Source: Nemertoderma westbladi (taxonomy: Eukaryota; Animalia; Xenacoelomorpha). Taken from it: a stretch of 64,000 nucleotides of DNA. A program made the position numbers and the translations under genes. Position 1 is the stretch's first letter. The number at the start of each line of letters is the position of its first letter. The stretch is taken from the NCBI GenBank assembly GCA_032718475.1, contig JAUCBJ010007449.1, positions 1 through 64,000 on the forward strand. The letters are read 5' to 3'. The notes beneath the pieces were generated by a model that was not told the origin of the DNA, did no database searches, and was given only the letters and a program-made list of their open reading frames with translations. Positions 1-12,770 of this stretch are shown piece after piece.

Positions 1-1
1 A

Positions 2-391
2 TACTTCAGACCTAACAGGCTGACACACTGTTACAGGGGTTATTGGTATTCCCTTTTGTAGGTTGACTAATTTGTCGCATTCTAGTGCGATACTTTGCTG
101 CACTTTTTGCAACTCTAACCTACTTTCCCTTACTGTTCCCTTGAGCTGCTGAACAGTCTCTTCCATTTCCCTGACCTGCTGAGAGGAGCACAAACAGTGT
201 TCCCTCAGCTGCTCGAGCAGGAGACCCATCTCCCGTCGTCCCTCAGCTACCCACTCAACCGCCGAAGCGGGAGTCGCCAACGTAGTAGCGGGCGAGCGAG
301 AGACGACGGGCGATAAATTCTTGATATCTCGCTCGGCGTCCAGGACGGGTTCGGACTCGGGAACAATCCTACTGGGCACAGGTAGTTTCAT
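2..391 (-). CDS. Partial ORF (open at window edge) with coiled-coil character, probably ORF1/gag-like protein of a retroelement
   Basis: Manual translation from ATG at 391: MKLPVPSRIVPESEPVLD...QQVREMEETVQQLKGTVRESRLELQKVQQSIALECDKLVNLQKG..., with no stop before position 1. Heptad-like E/Q/L pattern. Identity is inferred only. Confidence 0.4.
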   Translation of the reverse strand, partial: MKLPVPSRIVPESEPVLDAERDIKNLSPVVSRSPATTLATPASAVEWVAEGRREMGLLLEQLREHCLCSSQQVREMEETVQQLKGTVRESRLELQKVQQSIALECDKLVNLQKGIPITPVTVCQPVRSEV

Positions 392-582
392 GCTGTGCGT
401 CCTTATCCCAGAACGAAGGGGGTCCTAGTTACAGGACCAGATTTGCCCTAGTAAGAGGGTCTATGCAGCTACAGGTGGCACCTCCTTTATGCTGCATGGA
501 GGTGGCAAGTTTTCTTGATCAATGACCTAGAAGACCTGACCTCTACATAAAACATTCAACATAAAACTAAAACATAAAACAG

Positions 583-651
583 CTTCACATAAAACACTGC
601 TGTACTCCTTTTACCAGTAGGCCTACCAGTAGCAGGTATCTGGGTTTATAG
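583..651. repeat. Dispersed repeat, left half (split by the LINE; continues at 3389-3450; uninterrupted inverted copy at ~6870-7000)
   Basis: 583-651 joined to 3397-3450 aligns to the reverse complement of ~6875-7000 (cttcacataaaac...gcaggtatctgggtttatagattgcagtattttg...ttcaatgc). Confidence 0.8.
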
Positions 652-3388
652 TGTTTATTATTATTATTATGTTTAATTTCGTGCAGGAACATTAATGTAA
701 ACATTATGTAGCACCGCACAACTCTACTGTAGGCTACTACTGTATCTATAAACTAATATAAAGCAACTACAGTACCTAGCAGCTAGCACAATGTACTGTA
801 AGAATGAGACGTTATTAATGGGCGCACCCAAAAAAAGAAAAGGAATGTAGAAACTATCGGCCATAAGTTAATAATGAAATACCAAAGTGTTCATAAATTG
901 TATAGATTGAAAAGAGAATAGAGTACAAATTACTAATTGGATATAGGTTAGTTTTCATAGACCCCTAAAACAATATTCCAGCGAGATCTAAGCGTAGACA
1001 TACCAATAGAGTTACAGGTACGAAGTATAGGATTTGAAGATATTGAAACACGATGTAACAGTGAAAAAATAGCAGTACGACAAATTGATTTAAAAGTATT
1101 GATACGGTTCAAACAAAATAAAGTGTTGGCGTCTTCGGTACTACAATATGAAAATAATTGACGGAAAGCGTAATTGTAAGCTACCTTTAATCTACGTAAG
1201 GATTCAACACGAAACACAGACCATAGAGAACAACAGTATAAGTTGTAACAATAAGTTTTGAAAATAATGGATTTTATAGGTAAAGAGCATTTATTAAACG
1301 TTCTGGCTAATTGATTACCACGACAATATAAGGTTGATTTCAAACGCTTAATGTCAGGTTCATCAGATAGGTTGCAACAGAGGGTATGCCCTAAGTAACA
1401 GTATTCTAGAACACAAGGGAGGATCATACCACAAAGGTATACGTCACCAGCTCGTCCAAATTGTGAAGGGATAAAATACATACACTTTGATTTAACGAAA
1501 TTAAACATAACATCAAATTTAGCACCATAATCTTCACAAATTTTAAGTAAAGACCGTAAACCAAAAATACTGGGAGCCATTAAACTTAGATCATCGGCAT
1601 ACAATAGATGGTTGATTACAATATTACCAACCTTACAACCTGCAGGACATTTGTTCAATAAAATACTTAAGTCATTCAAGTATATGTTAAATAGAAGAGG
1701 AGAAAGCAAACTACCCTGTCGTACACCATTACATACAGTGAAGGGTACGCTTGTTGCGCTGCCCCAACGTACCGCTAGCAATTGATTGGTATACCAAAAA
1801 TATAGTAAACGTATTACACCAAGGGGAACTTTAAGATAAATTAACTTTTTAAAAAGTTTTACATAATTAACACGGTCGAATGCCTTAGAAGCATCCAAAA
1901 AAGCTGTAAAAGCAGGGGTGTCTCTAGATACAAAATAATGGACTGTCTCTTTAAATGCAAAAATACAGGTTTCAGTACCAAGACCGGGTTGAAATCCAAA
2001 CTGGTTCGGCGTGATATTGACACAATTCGTAATTAGCATAAGGAAGCAAAACTCTAACAACTTGGAACAAGCATTAGATGTGGCTATAGGTCTATAATTT
2101 AACTGATCAGTAAGTTTATTGTTCTTATTTTTAACGATAGGCATTAAGTGACTGGTAATTAACGAGACTGGCAAAAACCCATGTGAAATAAATGAATTGA
2201 ATAGTAAACTAAGAACAACCGCCAATCGACACCCAGCATAATACCAGCACTCAGGCGCCAACTGGTCTGGCCCAGAAGCCTTACCAAGTTTAAGACTAGC
2301 TAAAGCCTCTTCCACATTCCTTGGGAAAATATGGAATCTATCAGATCCATCCCAAGTTTCAAACTTACTCTTTAAGAATGTAACGTCAGCCAAATCAGGC
2401 TCTACACTATTGTACGTAGATTCGTAGCCATTACTAAACAAATTGGCAATGTCCTCATCATTGTGGGCATTACCTATGATATTAGCACGTGGAACTTTTG
2501 TGTTACAGTGTTTTTGGGCGCAGTGCCAAAAATCCTTGCTGGAAGACAGGAACGACTGAGCTAACTTGTCATTTCTTATTGTTGCTTCATTTTTTCTACA
2601 ATTTTTCAGCGCCAGTTTATACTGAGCGCAACTTTTACGTTTTAATTCCCATAGAATTCCAGAGCGAGGTTTACCGTTATCCCTCCAGTGTTGAGAAGCT
2701 TCAATAGAGGCTTCGCGCTTCTCCTTAACGAAGTCGTTCCAGCCAGGAATATGGACCCGCTTGTTATTACTACAATTACCGGGAGAAGTTACTGGTATAT
2801 GGATATCAGTGGCGGTGCTGAAAATATTACAGATTTCAGTGTAACAATTATCAAGCGCCCGTAAATGGACAACATTACTACAATGAACATCACAGCAGAT
2901 TATACTATCGAGAGGCAGAATCAAGTTGGAAAGATTGTCATTAACTTGATTTGTATAATTAAAAATGTTATTGGGCAATGCCTTGCTCCAATTAGGTACC
3001 GCAGTAAACTTGGGCTCACGATCAGGACAGCAGTGCTCCACTGAGCCCATGTTTATGTTGGTATCCATAGAAACCGGTATATGATCACTACCTACCAAAT
3101 TATATAAAAGCGAAATTTTAGATATAGAGGTATGAAAATCGTTACTAGAAATAATGTGATCAAGCCACGAGACAGAACCGTGGGCTGAACTAATAAATGA
3201 GAAGGAATCAGTGGGTAATACAATTTTGTCTGAAAATGTAAGACCTGAAAAATTACAAAAACACTCCAGATCTTTACCAAAAGTATTAGCAGGGTTGGCG
3301 TTGAAATCGCCAATAATACAACTACGGCTACCGGGGTATTCGGTAACGATACCATGGCACTTACCCAGTAAAGAACTAAATAAATCAC
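652..3388 (-). mobile_element. 5'-truncated non-LTR retrotransposon (RTEX-like LINE)
   Basis: Flanked by 8-bp direct repeat GTTTATAG (644-651, 3389-3396). (AAT)n 3' tail at ~655-670 on the minus strand. Contains an APE+RT ORF. Confidence 0.9.
948..3388 (-). CDS. LINE ORF2: C-terminal half of APE endonuclease plus reverse transcriptase (uninterrupted, 5'-truncated)
   Basis: APE motifs IIGDFNA, SWLDHI, SDHIP. RT motifs NYRPI, QFGF, FLDASKAFDRV, GVRQGSLLSPLLFNIY, YADD, YLG. The listed start at 3431 is a TTG in flanking DNA. Confidence 0.92.
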
Positions 3389-4644
3389 GTTTATAGATTG
3401 CAGTATTTTGTGTACTGGTAGTTGTATTCAATGCAACAATGAATGACAGTACCGGAAGCCAGAGTACACAGAGTAAAGAAGTATAGGCCTAGCCTATATA
3501 ACAAATGCAGAAATGTAATTCATAATTTAATGAATTTTAATTCATTAAATTGAAATGTAGGCTACCGGTAAATAAATAAATATTGCATATAATAAATTTG
3601 TCGAGGCGTTTATGGGAGGCTAACCTGAAAATGCCTAGCAAGCCGTTATGTAGTTCTTATGAGTGTTATCAAGGCCTCGGTATACCTGCCGCATAGCAGG
3701 AACACTCACGAAAGTGTGGGGGTATATATATATTATCTAATATATATATCTTAACGGGATCTAGAATTAGTTACTGTAAGTATAAGGCCTCAGCACTTAC
3801 AAACTGCTTCAAAAGGGCGGGATAGTTACGTGTAAACCGTTCCGTTATATTGTGTCGGTGGCTAGTAAATGTACGTATGACTTACATATATCACAGGTAG
3901 GACACTACGTTGGCCTAGTGCGTGATAAGCGCACGATTTACTCGAATCACTTGCATTGCTGGTAAATAATAGTTACTAGTTGGGAATAATATAGCAGTAT
4001 TATGGACTCACACATTCGCATTAAATGAACCGAATCTTATTACTGACAGGGCGCAAAATACACTCACCGTGTGGAAATCGAGTTGGTCTGATCTCTGGTC
4101 CAATATATTCATCAACAAGTAATGCAATAATAGTAAATGCAAACATAAGTTGTAAATTGCAAATGATTAGTGATTAAGTTACAAATTGCAATGAAAGCAA
4201 TTAGGTAAATATCGCAGGCCACTGTAACTAACGTGGCTCGCTGGGCTATAAAATCGATGTAATGTACCTGAATAATATCAAGTTAAGCCTCTCGTGTCAA
4301 AGCGGACACCAACTATATATGGATACAAACAATGCTTAATGAAAATAGAACAGCCAATAAGACGCAAGAATTCCGGCTTCGGTAGTTACCAATGAGAATT
4401 CAGTAATACAACTGTTGTTAGGACATATAAACAACTTTATGGGTTATTCAATACACACGAAGCACAAATATTATATGCACTGAAACCGAACAATAATCTG
4501 ATAAAAATATAAGATTTCTGTATACATTTAGCATTGGCAGCAAAAAAATTAAAATAAATAAATACAGAAATAGTAGTGCAAGATTTCTGGCGTTTGTTAA
4601 AAACACTGAACGATGCCAATCCGGACTGCCGGATCAGAAAGAGG

Positions 4645-4930
4645 GTGACGGAGTCTATTAAATGGAAACCCTGTATCGATCGCGACCCGGGACGATGGTG
4701 GCGGAGTCCATTAAACCCGGGACGGTGACGGCGGGCTGGCGGAGCCTATTAAACCCGGAACGATGGCGACGGAGTTTATTAAACCCGGGAAGATGACAGT
4801 GGAGTCTAGTAAACCCGGGACGATGCGACGGCTGGACGGAGTCTATTAAACCCGGGACGATGCGACGGCTGGACTGGACGGAGTCTATTAAACCCGGGAC
4901 GATGACGGCGGAATCTATTAAACCTAAAAC
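4645..4930. repeat. ~30-bp minisatellite (gacggcggagtctattaaacccgggacgat)
   Basis: About 7-8 degenerate tandem units visible. Confidence 0.8.
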
Positions 4931-5218
4931 GATAACTAAAACTATAACTACAACTGCTTTCTCCGAATTCCTAGTAATATATTTTGATCTTAATAATAAT
5001 TATTCAACCAACATCAATTATTTTAAAGGCCAAAAAGTCTTGTCAATGTATAAAAATGGTAAAGACTAAATAGCTTAGAATTATAATTAATTTTGTTGTT
5101 TATACTGTTCCATAATTATTTATACTGTAAAGGGATTATATCTTTTGGCAGTCTACCATACTGTATGAGCGACCATGATGATAAAAGGAAATGTTGCCGA
5201 AATATTTTCACTTAATTG

Positions 5219-5350
5219 CAGATAGAGGGGGGGGGGGGGGGGGGGGACTTCGACGCAATCAAAATTCTTCCCTCTCCAGGTGAAAATCGACGCAAATAAC
5301 AGCTGTTTACTCCTAAAAATAAAACTGTAACCTGTTCTATTGTTTTATTT
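5219..5350. repeat. Dispersed repeat (terminus-like CAGATAGRGGG...), inverted copy at ~29520-29640
   Basis: gacgcaaataacagctgtttactcctaaaaataaaactgtaacctgttctattg matches the reverse complement of 29530-29585. Confidence 0.65.
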
Positions 5351-6273
5351 ATTCATTTTTGTTAGAATAAAGTGCCACCGTAACCTGCTAATTTCCCTTA
5401 ATAAATAATTTACCATGAAACATGCTAATAATTTGCCGATGACAGTATTTGCGTCAATTCCCCATCGGGATCAGCCCCATTGCCAAGAACTCCGACTATG
5501 TATAAAGTAGTATTAAGCGGCTCTCTAGTTACGTAATAAATATTCGAAAACACTAAACTATTTACGGCCACCGTAATTATACAGGTTAATTTGCTTCTGG
5601 AAGGCGTCAGTAATTATTATATTCAGTTTTACTCGCTTCAGGTTATTATTTCCGTATATTACAGTAACTCTAGAACATTGCCACATTGTATGTATCCCTA
5701 TAGGTTATTCGCTATATTAGATAATTCTTTATACTTATTACGAATGTAATAAAGTTTAAAAATATTATGAGTAAAACATGGCGAGTAAAATAACTTTTTT
5801 TGAAGAAGATTTTTAGAATGTTATTACACTCAGATTTTACTATTAAACATAAAAAATTATTACTATTAAACATAAAATAAAAACAACCGTTATATGTAAC
5901 AATCAAAGGCAATACAATATTAAAGCACGAACAATCAAATTTAAATTATTTAATAATTAATTAATTATACACAATAAATTCAATAAGACCCTCCTTCACT
6001 TCCATGGTCTATTCGAATTGTGCCTTAAGGTAAGCGTTAATTGTCGACTATAGTAATGTCGACTTCCTCAAATTCTGAGTTATATGACATACAAATATGT
6101 CATGTCAACGTCGAGGAAAATTACGATAAGAATAAGTACTTTCTTGTCCGATCTATTGTAAATTTATAATCTGCAATCTACCTCCTACACAGTAATTAAT
6201 TAGATAGGTTCCACCAGCAGGCAGCAGACACTGATTGATTCTGTGAGAAAGCTGAAAGCGTGCAGGGCCAGCA

Positions 6274-6850
6274 TTATATTAACAGATTCAACGGCTTCTT
6301 CCAATGGAGACACCAATAACCGAAAGTAACGGACCGATAATTTCTTCTTGCATGATTGCCGATGACCCATTGCCCATTCACCCCGACTGAGGTCTCGGTA
6401 TGGGTACGGGTATCCCCTCCCAAAACAACCAAGTCTCTATCTGCCTCGAGAAAACGAAAAACTCGATCGAAATGCCTTGGGCTGTCGGGGGGGTTTATCC
6501 GACCGTAATCACTAATCCTGTAATCACCGACCACTACGGATTATCCCCATACCCATAGAATTCCCGGTCCCGCAGGCCGCAGCTTCTGACCCAATTCGAT
6601 AATGAATTGGAATTGGACTCCCACTTCCGCGCCGCAGAGAATGTAATCCTGTTATCTGGTGCGATACACGTCTGTCAGAAGCAGCCGTTCAGCCCTCCCC
6701 CAAGGCGATCCAGTCCGCCGCTAAACCCAGATCGCATCGCATTCCTCGTCGACGTCGACATAAGTCTGACTCTTCGTGCCGCACTCCATGCTCGGAGTAA
6801 GAAACTCGGCAGCAGCCCGCATTACGATCCGACTGACCCCGTGTTCCCAG
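6274..6850 (-). pseudogene. Degraded APE-endonuclease-like remnant of a LINE
   Basis: One minus frame reads ..EECDAIWV*..ERLLLTDVYR..*SVVVGDY.., resembling APE motifs E-x-I-W-V, (G/D)VYR and VVGDFN, with several stops. Confidence 0.4.
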
Positions 6851-7109
6851 TGTAGAAAATATAATCAAACATTACTGCTTTCATTGCTGCATTGAACACA
6901 ACTACTGGTACCAGTACGCAAAATACTGCAATCTATAAACCCAGATACCTGCTACCGGTAGGCCTACTGGTAAAAGCAGTACAGCATGGTTTTATGTGAA
7001 GTAAATAATCATAATTTAGCGACATCTTATAAGCAACTAAATTTTTAATGTATGAAAAGACCAAATGAAATTTACGGTGGTGATTTGCGGCCTTTTCCCT
7101 TTTACCTTA

Positions 7110-7325
7110 ATTAAATAATTTTACTCTTTACCTTACAAATAATTTTACTCTTTCTTTACCTTTTTCAATAATTTTACTCTTTACCTTCCAGATAATTTTA
7201 CTCTTTACCTTCCAAATAATTTTACTCTTTACCTTTTTCAATAATTTTACTCTTTACCTTTTTCAATAATTTTACTCTTTACCTTTTTCAATAATTTTAC
7301 TCTTTACCTTTTCCAATAATTTGAC
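7110..7325. repeat. 25-bp tandem repeat (aataattttactctttacctttttc)
   Basis: About 8 units visible. Confidence 0.85.
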
Positions 7326-7657
7326 ACTTTTCAACAAGCAGACTTGGCCTTAACTGTAATAAATTGAACCTTTAGGGGTTAAGTACTGGTATTCATCTAG
7401 CCTATATTGTACTGTACCCTACCCGTTATTGAACGGAACTGAAACAGTGTTAAATAAATATTTGAATTAGGCCTACTACATAGCTATCTATTACGAGCCG
7501 GTATAATGAAAATAGTGATAAAAAATCGCCACTTCAGAGGTAGGCCTAGGCTTAGGCCTAGACTGTAATTATAGGCCTGATGGTTAACCTACTGTAAATA
7601 TAGGCCTTCTGGTTATGTAATTATAGGCCTGCTGTGTAGGCTGGACCTCGAGATAAA

Positions 7658-9956
7658 ATGGCCCATGGTGGTAATAATTCAGGAAAAAGCAGAAAAAAAT
7701 TACTTGAAAGCTTGCGTCATAACATAAACGATCAGCTTGAGGATATCGCTACAAGTTCTACCAGTACAGGGAGTAGGCCTACTTCAGGTTTAGCAGCAGG
7801 TGCTGTTGTGAAGAAACGACGTCCTTATAGTGGGCGACTACGAAAGTTGTCAGAGTTTAATTTTGTAACATTTGTCTTCAAAATACAACCGGTCCGAAAT
7901 GAAATTAATTAGTAAGCCCCTCGGAGAGAGTACGGGTCTGCGAGTTCAGGTGTCAATGAATGCGCCAATTTCTCGTGTTGTAAGAGAAGTTACAGATATT
8001 GTATTTAGTGGCGATGATTCGGTTAATTTGCATCTTAAAAGTTTGAGGCATCCAAGTAAGAAAACTAATTACACCTGGTCTCTAGAAAATCTCCTTGGAG
8101 AAAATTTATCAAGCTTTGTTAGCCTACGCGATTATTGCGTTCAACGTTGTGTACCATCTTGGAAGATTAAACCAATCTTAGTTGGAAGGATTTACCCATC
8201 GGAATTGGAAGAAAATTATGAGGAAGCTGCTGTAGAAGATAACGCTATTGCCACTGTTTCCAGTACCGGTAGCGGTTCTATTGATTTATTGTGGGCTGAA
8301 AATGAAAGAGAAATAGGTCACTCCGAATCTGAAGATGAGGAATCAGTGTCACACATTATTGAGGCAGCTAATGATTTTGAATTGATGGATCAAGGTGTTT
8401 CGAGTGCTCGACGAAGTTCTCGCATTACCCAGAGGATCATTTGTGAAGTTTGCCATCATTCCCGTTTAGCAACGGATGTTGATTGTTTCAACTGTCAGGT
8501 AATTTCTGATGTATTTGAGTCAGAGCAAGTTGATTTGATGAAGACTACTCACTGTAATGATGATCTGTTATTGTCATCGGCCAATGATATAGAAGATGTT
8601 GAGGTTGATAGAGCTGAGGTTGCTTCCCTTCGGGCTGCTTATTTTGAACAATTACCCTTGACTTCGACTAGTTCGACCACCAATATGAGTACCCTCCTTA
8701 CTAGCCCTAGTGCGTTATGCAATGACTCACCCCAATTAAGGTCTCAGAATAGCATTGGTGAAGTTGATGTGTTTCTTGTTCATGAGACAGGTCAAATTGT
8801 TCCTTGCACCGAAACTAAAGATGTCATAGCTATTGCAAAGTCTTGCCACTCAATTGGAGATGCACTTGAAGTTTTAAAATCGCCATTTAGCAGCAAGCAA
8901 TTAACTCGCTTTGAAATTCCCCGTTCCCAGCTTGTTGACTGTCTATGAAATTATTGAAGAAGATGGAATTCAGAGTCCTTTTGTCAATGCGAAATTTATA
9001 GGAGAAGACGCTGTTGACACCGGCGGACCCATGAGGGAAATGTTTTCACTCTTTTTTCTTCAAGATCGCGGTGAGCTATTTCGTGGTGCGTATCCGAATA
9101 TGACATTTCGCCACAACCTGACCGAAAGCAAGAAATTTGAAATCTATGGAAATATGACTGCTCTATCTTTAATTAATGGACTTCCTGGTCCTCATTGCTT
9201 AGCTAAATCAGTTGCATCTGCAACTGTTGGTGTTCAATTCAAAGCCTCGCTCGAAGAAATACCAGCTTGTGATGAAAAGGTTAAGATTATAGAAATATTT
9301 AATTCTGATGATACTGATTCGTTCAACAAAGCAATTACTAATTGCTTCGAACGTTTTGATATGGGATTTGTTAAAGCCAACGTTACTCATGACCAAAAGG
9401 ATTTAGTAATTGAAACTCTAGCTAAGCATCTTGTGGTTAGTTGTGTTTCTGAGGAAATTTCGCACTTTAAGAGAGGACTTCAGTTGTTCGGAGTTTTGGA
9501 CACTTTCAAGAATTTAAATTTCTAACTGAAAGAAAAGTTTCTGCAGACGATGTCAAATCTGCATTTTTGCCAGTTTATACATCCCCTCATGGGTCAGCGG
9601 AACATTATATAGAATGTCAGCTCAAGTACAAGTTTGACAGATTTCTTGCTAAGATTGAGAAAAAAGATGACTCGTCAATTTCCTCTTACTCATCATTGGA
9701 AGTTGACATACCGCGTAATATGAGGGTCAATCTAGGCGATGTGTTGCAATTTGGAAGCGGAAGTAGATACCCTGATTTTAAAGGCGAATTGTGTTTCGAA
9801 CATAGCGATGGTTCACAGAGGAGATTACGTTCCAGTACATGTTCATACACAATAACCTTTCCCATGAATGACCGATATGTTAAATCAACGTCAGAAGAGT
9901 TCTACCAGAGAGTTAGTGAGGACATTCTAAATACTATTGGATTTGGACTACCTTGA
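7658..9956 (+). pseudogene. HECT-domain E3 ubiquitin ligase (G2E3-like), frameshifted into 4 ORFs
   Basis: HECT N-lobe motif FIGEDAVDTGGPMREMFSLF, GLQLFGVL, and C-lobe catalytic motif SSTCSYTITFP ending in GFG. Upstream CxxC-x10-CxxC. Broken at ~7890, ~8940 and ~9525. Confidence 0.8.
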
Positions 9957-9974
9957 TTTACATTTACATTAGAT

Positions 9975-10115
9975 AAAACTCATACTCATCATCTCTATAA
10001 TGACTTCGAATTGTTACGAAAGTTATCTTTGATTTTAAATGTTAAAACTCATATTCATCGTCATGTTTATAATGACTACGAATTGTTACGAAAGTTATGT
10101 TTGATTTTAATTGTT
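9975..10115. repeat. ~70-bp tandem duplication
   Basis: aaaactcata(c/t)tcatc...gaattgttacgaaagttat(c/g)tttgattttaa occurs twice. Confidence 0.75.
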
Positions 10116-10149
10116 AATGTTGTTTATCTGTGATATGTTTCACAATGAA

Positions 10150-10730
10150 AACGTTTTGTATCTTATAGTTCCTCCTTTCATATCCATAAGGGGGGGGGGG
10201 GGGGGGTTTGACTAATTAACCAAAAGTGTTCGTTCCCTTATTTAGGAGGCTTCGTTTTACCGATTATTAATAATAAATTTAAACAATTTAAAGAAAAAAG
10301 ACAGACAGACATGTAGGTTTTTTTAAAAGTGAACTGTAAACTGACGTCCGAAATGAAATCAGCAACCAGGATACCCCCCATAACTAAACTTCTATCTAGT
10401 TGGAATGCTTTTTTTATATTTTGACAGACAGATAGACGGACAAACAGACAGACCGACAATCAGACATAACAGACTTCACTAAAAATTAAAACTGACTTCG
10501 GAAATGAAATCAGCGATCAAAAAAACCACAACAAAGAAGTTTTAGCTAGGTGGTATGATGTCCTTATATTTTTTATATTTTTTACAGACAGACAGACAGA
10601 CCTAGATAAATAATAGTTTTTGTTAAAAGTGAAAACTGACGTTTGGATGAAATCAGCGACCAGGAACACCCTCATAACCCAACCCAACTCAACCCTCCCA
10701 CCCCTGGGGGGGGGGGGGGGGGGGGGGGTA
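10150..10730. mobile_element. Non-autonomous repeat with (GACA)n microsatellites and aaactgacgtcggaaatgaaatcagcgac subrepeats; related inverted copy at ~39525-39740
   Basis: Three internal copies of the subrepeat. gtcgctgatttcatttccgatgtcagtttt at ~39566-39595 is its reverse complement. Confidence 0.6.
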
Positions 10731-10962
10731 ACATTTGATAATGAAAGCCTAGTTTTCAATGTGTTGACCTGTTGAGCCTTTAAGAAAACCGTATATTGTA
10801 CCCCCACCAAATCGATGAGTACATACAGTAAAGTGTTGTCAGATAACTCAAACTGTTTTTTTTTACAATTAATAAAAACTAAAAAATTAAAATAGTTATT
10901 ATTCATTGCTTAAATTCAATATAAACAAAACTTGTATTGCAAAATTATACATGATACTATTG

Positions 10963-11507
10963 TTAGTAGTCTTGTTCTAATCGATCAATAAGGTACACCA
11001 ATGTATCAGCACAATCTGAGAGTGATTCACACATTTCAGGACGTTTAGTATCCGGTGAATCATTCAAGTAGTCAGTACCCAACTCACTGATGCTCGGGAG
11101 GCAGTGTGGCTTCTTCTTGGAGAAGTACTTCATAAGATCAAGCTGATCAATGTGTTCCGGGTGTAGGAAATTCGGCTTATCCAAGAATAAGATATCTGGT
11201 TTACCAGCTTTCACTAACAAGCCAGATTTCCGTAAATGATGAGAATTCCACATTTCTCTTATTGAATTCAGCAACCGTTGCAATAGATCCATATACACAT
11301 ACCGGATCAGTTCTATATGGATCCGATTAGAAGTAGTGATGACACTATAACCATCCAACTGAGCGAAGTGTTCAATCCAATGTTGTAAGCCAAGTTTTGG
11401 AAATTGGCTCCACCACGCCTCAATCCTCTGATTTCGAGAACTTTTACCGGTATCGGTGTCGTACTTTGTAGCACGAAGGCACCGTTCCTCTACATCATTG
11501 AATGTTC
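10963..11507 (-). pseudogene. C-terminal exon of an IS3EU/integrase-core-like DDE transposase
   Basis: Minus frame reads TGKSSRNQRIEAWWSQF...WIEHF...IREMWNSHHLRKS...GKPDILF, matching the G-x-S-x-x-NQRIE-x-W-W and WNxHxIR motifs of this family. Splice acceptor at 11509-11508. Confidence 0.75.
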
Positions 11508-12349
11508 CTACAATTTATATTGGAAATTGTTTTTGATAAGATGAATAGGCCATATATCTTATGTATAGGCTCCTATACATAGTGTCAAAATTATTCATGA
11601 ATATGACTTGAAAGATGATCAATTAGTAAATTTAAAATTAGAAAAGTAATCATCACTTACCTTTATATATTATTTCCACAATAAGTGGTGGCCAATTATC
11701 TGTCTAGACGTATACTGGTATACAATGCAAACTCAGAGGAACAATTGCAACTTGGTTACTGTAGTTATGAGCTGGATAGATATGAAGTAAAATATTTTTT
11801 GCCAATATTTTAAAAAATGAACTAGGCCTACATATACGGTGCGATATATTGGCGGGAAGAAAAACAATGGAAAATTTACAAGCAATTTCATTTGGTTATA
11901 TATTAAACCACCGAATTAAACCACCATTACTTAGCCCTACTCATTGTAACCTACTTGCGCGTACATTATTTTGTATTATACGATTTTACAATACAGTAAT
12001 AATTTATCGAGATTCAAAACATCTCAAATAGGATTTAGATTACAAGCACAAGTAGGTAACATTATTACTAATTATGCAAATTACGTTTAAAATTATTACA
12101 CAAAAATAAAGAAATATCATACATGAAAAATGTTGAAACAATATTATTCAGAAATAAAAATCCTGTCACGATGAAGTAAAAAATATCTTATAACTGTTTG
12201 TTGGCTGTTATTGAATATTAAACTTCAGCAGCAATAATGTATGTGTCTATTGCTGGGAATGCACTGCTACGTAATTTCAGTAGATTAGAAATTGTCCGCG
12301 TTATTCATCCAATCACAATTTAGGGAGTACATGACATGTTTTCTGTGAA

Positions 12350-12640
12350 TTCCCAACTAAAGTGTAACGTTCATTTAACGTTCAAATATTTAAATTGTTG
12401 ATACGTTGAAAACCAACGGCAATGTAACGTTTGATTAGACTAAGTTTTAAATCGTTATTTTTTAACTAAACTATAACGTTGATTGAACGTAGGATTATAT
12501 TTCAATTACTAAATGTTGATTTTCAACTAAAGTGTAACGGTTATTAACGTTTGATTATTGTTAGTTTTGGCAATGTTAGATTTTAACGAAACTCAGACAC
12601 AAATCTAACGTTAGTTTAACGTTCACTGTTTGCAGGGAGC
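12350..12640. repeat. MITE-like repeat with iterated TAACGTT motifs, ending TGTTTGCAGGG
   Basis: Repeated gtaacgtt..ttaacgtt units. Only one clear terminus seen. Confidence 0.45.
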
Positions 12641-12770
12641 GAGCGGGAGGTACCCGGGGCCGGGACAATGGCAAGGAGCAGCAAACAGGGCGTAGGGCAT
12701 AGGGCGTTTATGACTATATAGGGTTTTTGCGATGCTAATCACGAATATGACACTGAAATATATTGTACAT

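Larger units (their letters stand above)
7073..11800. mobile_element. Decayed IS3EU-like DNA transposon (convergent HECT gene and DDE transposase)
   Basis: Terminus-like TACGGTGG at 7073 followed by a subterminal tandem array, HECT pseudogene (+) and transposase remnant (-). The right end was not found. Confidence 0.6.

Noticed and set aside
3389-3431. N-terminus MNTTTSTQNTAIYK of the 827-aa ORF
   Set aside because: It starts at TTG and lies outside the TSD in the flanking repeat, so it is not part of the LINE protein.
5226-5246. Long poly-G runs (also 10190, 10706, 15885, 21591 and others) as G-quadruplex signals
   Set aside because: They sit inside repeats, vary between copies of the same element, and homopolymer length is unreliable in assemblies.
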